64,000 bases of DNA from Marsupella aquatica (Eukaryota > Plantae > Marchantiophyta): NCBI GenBank assembly GCA_973895155.1, contig OZ316895.1, positions 12,469,929-12,533,928 of the forward strand, written 5' to 3'. Of this stretch, positions 51,201 to 60,616 are shown one piece after another. The notes beneath the pieces are model-generated. The model made no database searches and was not told where the DNA came from. It saw nothing but the letters and a program-made list of their open reading frames with translations. The translations under genes were made by a program, and so were the position numbers. Position 1 is the first letter of the stretch. Each line of letters begins with the position of its first letter.

Positions 51201-52749
51201 CGAGCCGATCGGTCGAGTCTCCGCAAGACTGTCACCAGTCGCGTACTGTAGTCTTCTGATCAAGAGGCCCGGCCAACAGACGAAGCCCTACAAAACAACA
51301 ACAGCGAAGCAGCAGCGTCGACCTGCAGTAAAACCTACTGTTCGAAAACAATACAAGAAAGCAGCAGCGTCGACTTTTCCCTGTTCCACGAATGATAACG
51401 GCAAAGGTGCGCACTGGCAGAGTAGCACAGAGTATAGCAGAGCAGGTGAACGATAGTTCCGTGATGAGCCTGTTGACTCTCAATCCCACGGACCGCACGC
51501 GCAGCTACTCCATGCCTCTGATATTGCACTGCGTATCGATGGTTGACACGAGATACGTATTCGACTGCAAACCATAGCTCTCTCCCCACAGTCTCGAAAT
51601 CATGTCAGTATCTTCACAGAGACACAGACGAAGAAGAAACGAAAAAGGGGTTGCCTGGACTTTGTTCAAGGAAGAAAAGTTTAATCATCGAACGAGCAAG
51701 CAGCAATGAGTAAACGGGCCAACAGCTACAACCTAGCCATTTATTTCGGCTTCTGTGAAGAATTTTAACTTCGTAATCATTAAGAAGAACGTAAAAGTCA
51801 TGCAGGAGATTGAGCAGTCAACACAACTTTCAGCACAAGCTTTGATCGTCGTCGATTTGCTTTCGAACCACGAATAAAAGTCTGAGCTTGTTGTGAGCCT
51901 CCTCCATTCCATTCCCGTCAGTCAGGGTACTAAAACAGAACCCGCTCTTCCCTTTGCCATTACAAATCAATTCAGATCGGAGGCCTGACTGTCATACTGC
52001 CATACAGCCGCCACAGACAGACTGGGGATCGCTTTTAGGTAGTCAAAAGTCTGAGGACGTTTCCAGAGAAGCGGCACATTAATGAGCTCAGGAATTCTTG
52101 GCTTGCTCGGAATTCAAGTGGGGCAACGCATGACCAATTCGAGCACCCGATCGATTGATGATCGAGCAACGCAATGGCAACGTACTGGTCTCGACTGCAG
52201 TATTACTATAGTTCCATAGTCTAGCACAGTGTCACTGGCAATGGCCAATAAGCTGCAAATAGTTCTGATATCGTATCCTTCTGTACCCTTCTATCGTTGT
52301 GGCTGCGGATATTGTTGACTAGTCAAACTTAGTCTCATTAAATGAAGCTACTATTGACTGACTGCACTGCATTTGTGGGGTATGGATTTTCTTATCTTTT
52401 AAGTAATTGTTGGGAGAATGGGAAGGGAGATTTATGGAGAATGATTGCCACTAGTTCGTTGTGGCTGCTGGGAATGAGCATGATGGTTTGGGATGAATTC
52501 TGCATCTCTTTGATTCATGCATGCCCGTCTGGCCGTCCTCATTCCCAGATGAAACTTCCAGGAGCCCTTGAATGCATCTCCCATCTCCAGTCCCATTTCC
52601 TCGATCAGATCTATAGCTCTTTAATGTTCATGCTCCCATCATTTGCTCTAAAGTTGTGAAGAATGTCAATTCCCTTTAGAGATGCCTCATGGCATCCAAC
52701 TTTGTCTGAAGTCCAAACGATGGACTTTTGTACTGTAATAAGATAGAAT

Positions 52750-53990
52750 CTCATGCTTAACACTTTAGAATCTCATAAAAATGGGGGCTCTAATAGTTGA
52801 CACCTGCATTCTGATAAATGTTGGATAACCTGGTCTAGGGTGAACCAGTAGTACCTCCGTTATTCCTCTTCTCCAAATAACATCATAAGTCAAAAGAACT
52901 GGACAACTCATCTGTCATCCAAATCTTCTCATATTCAATCATGACATCCCTCACATGAAGCAGTTTCAACAACTTACAGCGCCGCATGGGGTCTCTCCAC
53001 AGGAATTACAAGTCTTGGAAGTTCCTGCATCCTGTACTCTCAAATTCTGTTCTCAACATCTCTCTTGCGGGATAACTCCTTTGAACCACTCCTTCCTAGT
53101 CCAAATAGCTGGATTCCACTCATTAAAAGTCACCAACCAGATAACCAACTTGGTATCCACCACTCTCACTTAATTTCATTTGCTAAATTACCAGAGCACA
53201 ACCTTTAGCTATTGGCCAGAGCTCTAATTGCCAACTACAGTAGTGCACAGGTATCCCGTTGAACCCTCGTATGTTCACCTGCATGGTCCTGCCCAATGGT
53301 TCTGATAATTGTGTTCCCACTGGAAGGGGTTCCTTTCTGGGATTTCCTGACCCGTTCATTTTTTCGAATACTGACCACTTTCTCTGGTCTTCTCCCTCTC
53401 TTCCCTACACTGTATTGATGACCCAGGCATAACTTGCCCATAATTTGCCAAACAATCTCCACATGTTCCCCTCTCTCCTGTGTGAACCTTTGGTGAGATT
53501 CTTCCCCATTAAAAAGCCCAACAATAGAGTTCTTGCTTGTTCTCACACTTGGTAACTCCCCTAGGTCCAACTTTATTGAAAAACAATATATGGGGTGACT
53601 CATGCTTTGCCCGCTGGCCAGCACTGATGGCCTTAATTGCCTACTCCTGAACTGATGGTTAGGTCTCTTCGGCTCCTTATATGAAATCTGTAGGGCACAC
53701 TCCTTGCATCAGGCAACCTGAGGTTACAATCCTCATACACAAATCTCCCACAAACAATTTCCAAAATCGCTGTAAGTTATTGTGATGCCCACGTTAAACT
53801 TTCTTTGCAGAAAATCTATGGCAAGTTTCCGTTGGGACTCCACTGGAACCTCTCCGGAACCTCTTGCTTTGAGCTACTAGTCGGCTGGTCTTAAACCCTT
53901 AGTGGTTTTCCTCCAAGTATTTGAAAGATTTTTATCTTTTTAGTTTTCCAATTTATCTTGCAATTTCTAGGTTTCCTGGGGGGCAACATA
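52750..53990 (-). mobile_element. Possible degenerate LTR-retrotransposon remnant (gag-like fragment)
   Basis: With one frameshift the minus strand near 53530-53485 reads IVGLFNG-KNLTK, resembling a gypsy gag N-terminal motif. The segment ends ...GGGGGCAACA, an LTR-like terminus. It has many stops and no pol motifs. Confidence 0.25.
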
Positions 53991-54812
53991 ATAAAATTAT
54001 TGTTGGGGTAGAATAATAATCTGAGCCAGCCGGGGGATAGGATAAAAGAAAATGGAAATGTTTACATGTGCTCCAATGATAGTGCTTTTCAGGCAACTTT
54101 TTTAGTGTCATTTTTCTATACATTCATACATGTTACTAGTGTGATCCTATCAGGGTTCTATTGGACTGTAATCTTAGATGTTAAGGGAAGATTCTACACC
54201 ATGAACAGAAAGTGAGCATATTCTATTGAAAGAGGACCAAGTACAACAAAAAAATGTGGCAAAATTGGAGGACAAATTCTTGGGATTCTCACTATATGGG
54301 GACCTCCTCATCTAGTACTCGGACCCCCTAAAATGTAAGAAATTTTAAAAATTATTTAACCCCTATATTCAAAAAATTGGATTAAAAAAACCCTAATGTT
54401 CTTGTAAGTCTCAAAATTGAATTTAAAAGACTCTATTGTTCTTCTGCAAAAAAATTAAGTTTTCTCTATCACTATATTCATTAAAACTGAAATTATAAAG
54501 GATATAGGGAAATTTGGCGATTTAAAAACATAGTTTTAGGCATGAAAATTGTAAATTTGGAAGATGAAAAATGAAAATTCAAGCATCATTAAATGTAAAT
54601 TTGGGGACAAAAAAATGAAATTTTGGGAAAGTAAAATATTAAATTGGATGATATTAAAAAACATTTGGGTGATAAAAGTGTTCATTTGGTTGGAAAAATA
54701 GATAGAATCTAGTAATAACATATAAGCTTGGATAGCATCTATATTCAAAATATTTAGCTTGAGTAAGATATCTAACTAAGCACCAATACAATGGAATGAC
54801 TATAGTGTCTAG

Positions 54813-55056
54813 CTCGGGGGGGTCACTTCCATGGAAGTGGCATATCATGTGCGACGAAGTATAGGGCCATTTAAATGGTTTTGGCGGAAGACTTATTAAG
54901 TCTTCTATGGAAATATAGGGTTGTTTAATTGCAAAATGCATACGTGTCATCACATGATTGGTGCCGTACAACTTTATAGAAAGTGACTTAGGGGGTCATA
55001 AATGACCCAAACCGTCGCACGTGATGTATGACCCTTCATATAGTGACCCCCCCGAG
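54813..55056. mobile_element. 244-bp MITE with 15-bp perfect TIR and 8-bp TSD (hAT- or Mutator-type)
   Basis: TIR CTCGGGGGGGTCACT (54813-54827) / AGTGACCCCCCCGAG (55042-55056). TSD GTGTCTAG at 54805-54812 and 55057-55064. The inverted match continues imperfectly inward (ATCATGTGCGACG / CGTCGCACGTGAT). Confidence 0.9.
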
Positions 55057-55312
55057 GTGTCTAGACAAAGTTAACTAGGATGATATCCAACCTACTAGAA
55101 GGAATGAAATGGCATCATTTTCTAGAATTAAAATATACTAAGACAAATAAAATAATAATTATAAGAAAGTCCATTCAATAGCTTTGAGAGATCATAGAGT
55201 ATTAATTTGATTGTCTTGTTCTCTCACTTTAGACGAACGCATGGAAATCAACTCGACCCTCTTAATCACAAGTCATTTGAGTGGAGACTTGTAACCTACG
55301 AGTTCTATCAAT

Positions 55313-58300
55313 CTACTCATCAATTATACCTTCCATGTAAATTTTGAGAGTTTTCAAAACATTCTTAGGAATTGTCAAACCTCTATCCATAATATTTTGT
55401 TCTTTAGCATCTGACTTAAACCCATACATTGCAGAATTTGCAAACTGCCAACTTTGAGTAACATTGTCAAACCCAGGATCCAGCTCCCAAGTCTTAGTGG
55501 TTTGAAAGCAACGTTCATATCGAACATCATCCTTTGCATCATGCTTACCATGTTTAGGCCTCCACCATTGTACTTGGAACATAGGAGCATTCCTAAGAGG
55601 AATGCTCTCAACAGACGTTGAAGAAGACCCTTCAATATGTTGCAAATCTGTTGAGGGAACCTCATGGTTTGGATCCACACCACCCAAAGCTCGAACCAAC
55701 CAGAAATGCCCTTTGCCATTTTCCTGTTCCCATTCATCCTCTGGACGTAAAAATACAAAGTGACCTTCTTGAATATCTTGTAGAGGAATCCAACGTGCAG
55801 GTTCTCGCTCTTGTCGTGCACCAACAAAAGGTGCAGCTTGATCTTCCATCTCTTCCATGTACTCATTTTGAAGGTCCATCATCTCTGGATTTTGAGAAGG
55901 TTCACTTGATGGCTGAGATGACCCCAAAATCATCTTGTAACCTGTGCCATGGTTAGTCTTTGGCCAAAAATCAGTTGTCAATGGCAAATGTCTTTCCCCC
56001 TCCCCTTCTATTGTAAGTTCCTCGGACAGTGCTTGCACAAGATTCTCCCAATATTTGACCAGAGGAAATCTCTCTTTATATGCTGCAGAGGTCTCATCCT
56101 TACAACTTTTCTTCAAGAAATCAATATAGCGATTAAGGAATGGGATGATTTCTCCAGCCTTCTTTTGTACATCCCCAGATATAGGTTTTGCAAATGGTTG
56201 GCCTTCTGGTAAAATGAGCGCATTTGTGATGGGATCAGTTCTCCAAATGGACCTCCCCATTGCCGGAAGCCAAGGTTGCTTGACATGTGCTTTATATTGA
56301 TACACTGACACATTATCCCTCATGGAGAAAAGAAATGCCACTGGTTTTGAGTGACCTTCTATCTCTTTCACCTGGAAAGTTTTCAAATACTCCTTGTAAG
56401 ATGCAACCTCTTGAATCAATCGTGGTACAGGATGAATGCTTTCACACTCCCAAACCTTAGCCATCAACCCCAAGAGGGTAGCAACCTCTTTGTATCTGAC
56501 CTGTTTGGATACTTGAGAAAATAATGCATCCACGTCTTCATGGGTGTGGCCAACCATGAGGAATGACATTTGCACAGTTTCAAACACCCCCTGCTAACAA
56601 GCTCAGTGCAAAATGCCATCACATATTGATTTTTGTTATCTTTCCCTGAATTGTCCATCTGCAATGTTAGGTGCCTTGGTAAGGGCTTGAAAGAGCCCCT
56701 AGTAGTCTCAGGATCATCCTTAGAACCAATATCCACTGTGCTTGACTTTTTAGTCTCCTGACCATCTTCAATGCCTTGAAATCGAACAATTGAAACATTT
56801 TTGGGTTCCAAGTAACCGGCCAGAAATGCTTCAAAGTCTAGAAAGGACTGAAATATTGGCCTAGTTGCATTCCAATTCAATCCCTCAAGAAGGTCTCCAG
56901 TTTTGTCTCCTGTGTAATCTTCCAAATCTCGGAGGCATTTGGCCAAAGATGTCACGGTAAAGTCTGCATCTCCAGGCCAATTAAAGTCCAGTCAAATTGA
57001 AATGTGCATACACTCCAGGATCTCTTCCATGGGTTAACATCCCAGTAAGAGCAATAGGCAAAGGCTAACCACTACCAGAGAGGGATTTTGGAGTGGGGAC
57101 CAACCTGGGGATCCAAGTCTTGGCTTGATCCATCTTATCGTGAATAATGCAAAGATAGTTTTGAGGATCCTTCTTTGCAAGAACCCTATGAGCATAGTAA
57201 ACATATCTTCTTGACATTTGTTCACGAAGATGTCACGCTCTTTTCTCTTCAATCTCTGCACGCTCTTTTTTTCTCTTCTCCCGCATCAATTGATCTTTGA
57301 ACTCAGTGCAAAATGTGCACTTGGCAAATGCACTTCCCTTGTGAAAGTCAAAATTATCAAATGAGTTTTTCCAGATGTTGTACATAGTAACTTCAGTAAC
57401 CTTAGCAAACCCATCTAATTCCATCTTGGTAAACACCTCTTGGAAAATCTCCTTCTTAGTAAAACAAGATGGGAGCCGATATTCAATAGTGTCAGTGCCG
57501 TTGGACCCACCATAGGGAAGATGTGGCATTGGTTTCCCATTTTGGATTAAAATGGACTCCAACAAGGCGCGAGCGTGCAAAGTGCTTGATCGTGTCTTCC
57601 GTTGTCCCTGATTTCCATGGAAACCAATTGTGCAACCAACTTCGTATTGATTTTTGTAGTCATAGTACTTTGTTGTACTGAACCCATGCATTTTAATAAA
57701 TGCATCTTTACAAACCACACGTCCCTTTAGAACAAAAAATCCCTTTCTCTTGACTTGCTCCTCTCTACACCCAAAGAGACTAAAGATGTGACTTGTTTTG
57801 TTGTCACTTGACATTCCATGGTATTCCCTCCTCATTGCCTCTAAGTCCTCCCTGGGCATGTTCAAGCAACACTTCAGCTTGCAACAACCTTCTCTTTGGA
57901 TGGAATCAATGGACTCCTCGTTAATTTTCAAAAGTGCCCTCGACTCCAAATGCCTTTTCTTCCTCTCCTCAAGATCAACTTTTGTCCTCCTAATGAAATT
58001 GTATGGTCTTTTTGTAGGGTTACCATCACCATCTGAATCCGGATCGCCCTTAGTTTGACCCGACTCCATCCACTTCTCTGAAACTTCCTCAAGGATATCC
58101 CCAAGAAACCTCTGAGACGAAATCAATAGAAGGGATTTGATTTCCCACCTCACCAAGCCAGGGGTACCAACACGGATATTTGGAAATAATCCGGGTTCAT
58201 TGATATTCACAACAGCAACACCAACATGATCTGCACCAAGAAGTTCATCGTCAACGGCACCTGTTTCAAATGGGACCATGATAACACCTGTTGCAACCTT

Positions 58301-59032
58301 TTGACAACGAGAAGCGTCATACAAATCAACCTCCTCCGCCATCCAGTTGGAACGTAGTGTAAAATCTTTTAATGGAAGATCATTGAAAATATTTGAACTA
58401 CCAAACACGCCAAAATCTCGTAGAGTGCCCTTTCTAGAAACATGCGCAACATCCCAGATAACCCAGGTATGCAAGGCCTCTTCTATTGTATCAGCTCCAA
58501 GGTGCGAGTATGGCAATTTTTGATTTCCCTTAACAATATCAGATATTCTTATACTGATGCGACCAACCCCGAGTGTTTCAGTATGACAAATATCCATCGG
58601 ATTTGTCTTGAAAACGACTCCATTTGCAACCAACTGATCAAAAATGAACATCTGAACTTCATCTCCTTCCTTGAACACGTCCTCTTCAACCCTTGCATCA
58701 ATTTTGGATTTATCATTTCCAGCATCTCCAGCCAAAGAGAAATCATCGACATTGATTCTTCGGCGCTGAGTTGATGACCTCAAGTATGCCAATGCACAAT
58801 CCCAAATCACGTAGGAGTCAATTGCCTTAGCCAATGTAGGAAATTTGGGCGAAGGAAATGGAAGTTGACGCGATCCATCAAAACACTTTTCGATCAATAC
58901 CCCAATTCGATTGTCCCCTAGACAAATGTTCTGTATAGTGTCCTGGGGGTCAACCTTTTGAACTATCCCTATTGCCGTTTCAAATCCATCGATCACCAAT
59001 GACACTTCATCCCCTCGTGTAAAATTGATCAT
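55313..59032 (-). pseudogene. DDE-type transposase (Sola/DUF7869-like core) with three N-terminal TNP1/En/Spm(DUF8039)-like repeats and Cys clusters, ~1240 aa reconstructed
   Basis: Continuous reading MINFTRGDEV...KRA*HLREQMSRRYVYYAHR...LCIIHDKMDQAKTWIP...SG*PLPIALTGMLTHG...(4-bp insertion near 56980)WPGDADFTVTSL...LTLQMDNSGKDNKNQYVMAFC...(1-bp deletion near 56588)VFETVQMSFLMVGHTHEDVDALFS. Two in-frame stops (TGA 57235-57233, TAG near 57066) and two frameshifts. Confidence 0.8.
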
Positions 59033-59156
59033 GATAGCGGACTATCTGTATTCAAATAAAGTTAGAAATTGTTAAGTTCCCCATGTTACAATCATGTTTC
59101 AAAATCTGGACTCTCCTCCAAAAAATATTGTAAAATCACTCAAAACCCTAAATACA

Positions 59157-59490
59157 TTCAAGTCGGGTCGGAATTATTTTGACCCTCCTCCAACATTATG
59201 TCTTGAAATGATTGAATTGACTAAAAATTTACAAGTCAGGTCAGAATTATTTCGACCCTCCTCCAACAATATGTCTTGAAATGATTGAATTGACTAAACA
59301 TTTACAAGTTGGGTCGGAATTATTTCGACCCTCCTCCAACAATATGTCTTAAAATGATTGAATTGACTAAACATTTACAAGTCGGGTCGGAATTATTTCG
59401 ACCCTCCTCCAACAATATGTCTTAAAATGATTTAATTGACTAAACATTGATAAGTTGGGTCGGAATTATTTTGACCCTACTCCAACTATT
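59157..59490. repeat. 73-bp tandem repeat, about 4.5 units, each with the palindrome GGGTCGGAA-TTA-TTTCGACCC
   Basis: GAATTATTT at 59171, 59244, 59317, 59390 and 59463 (period 73). An inverted partial copy GAAATAATTCCGACCC lies near 59590-59605. It sits in a probable 5'UTR intron of the transposase (minus-strand donor about 59804, acceptor about 59046). Confidence 0.92.
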
Positions 59491-60616
59491 AAGTTGAAAT
59501 TATGTCAAAACTATTTGTGAAACTATCTTGCTTATGCTTTTATATACCAGTTTAAAATGCTAGTTAAGATGACATAGTCAGGTCGGCATGAAATAATTCC
59601 GACCCACTTCTAGAAACTATGTTAGTAATCACATAAAGGGGTACAGTAAGTTCTACACATGCTAGACTGTGGATAAAGGTCTAGAATGAGTAAAATATAT
59701 GATCTAGAACCTAATGTGTAAATCTTAATCTAGGTTTGGCTTAAAGGTATTGAATTAGATGTAGTTGAGCTAGTACTTCTAAGATAAATAAATAAAATCA
59801 CTAACCTGCTCCGCAATATATCTCTGTTCACCCTTGTACAAGCTAAATGGGTACCTTGGATGCCAGCATTGTAACTCTTAGCACCACAGTGCTCACCAGT
59901 GCCCTTACTAAACCTTGCATTCAACCATGCGGACCTAAACAAGGCACTCGGACAGAGGAGAGTCAGTGATCGTACCAATCACTGTCTAAATGACAATGAA
60001 CCAAAAAATGGATTGTGGGAGGTCTATACTCAGTTTGAGAGGCAAAAAGCCCACACATTACCCAGCACACGAGTGGACACCAACAGATCGGGCACGGGTG
60101 GATGAGGCACGCACCCAGCACACAAGTAGACATCGGATAGGGTGTCAGCCAATCACTCACGAGTGATAGGTGAGTTGCGAGCACCCATTGCTGACAGCTT
60201 GGAAGTTTAAAATTGGTAGGTGAGTCGCGAGTGGTCGTGAGTGGTCACACCATCGGTGACTCACGATCACATGCACCGAGGAGGGTCTCCATCATTGGCG
60301 CGCATTGATGCCTCCGTACCCTCTCAGATCCTTGCCTCCTCGGACTCCTCGCTCACAGGGGGTATAGGAAGGCAGGCCTTGCGCTTGAGGCCTCATTTCC
60401 TTGCCTCCCTCTTGCCTCCTCTCTCGTCTCCTCACTCCTTGCCTCCCTCTTGCCTCGCTCTAGGGCTTTTGTTTTTGCCTCGCTCTTGGGATTTGTTTTC
60501 CGCCTCGCTCTAAGGCTTTTATTTCCGCCTTGCTCCCTTCCCTTTTGGGTCGCTCCCTCGATCATTGTTTGCCTGTTAGTGCCCTCTTGCAGCCTGTGGC
60601 ATTCTCCATTGCTGCC

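Noticed and set aside
59157-59490. CRISPR-like array of regularly spaced palindromes
   Set aside because: The sequence between palindromes is nearly identical in every unit, there are no cas genes, and the context is eukaryotic. It is a tandem repeat.
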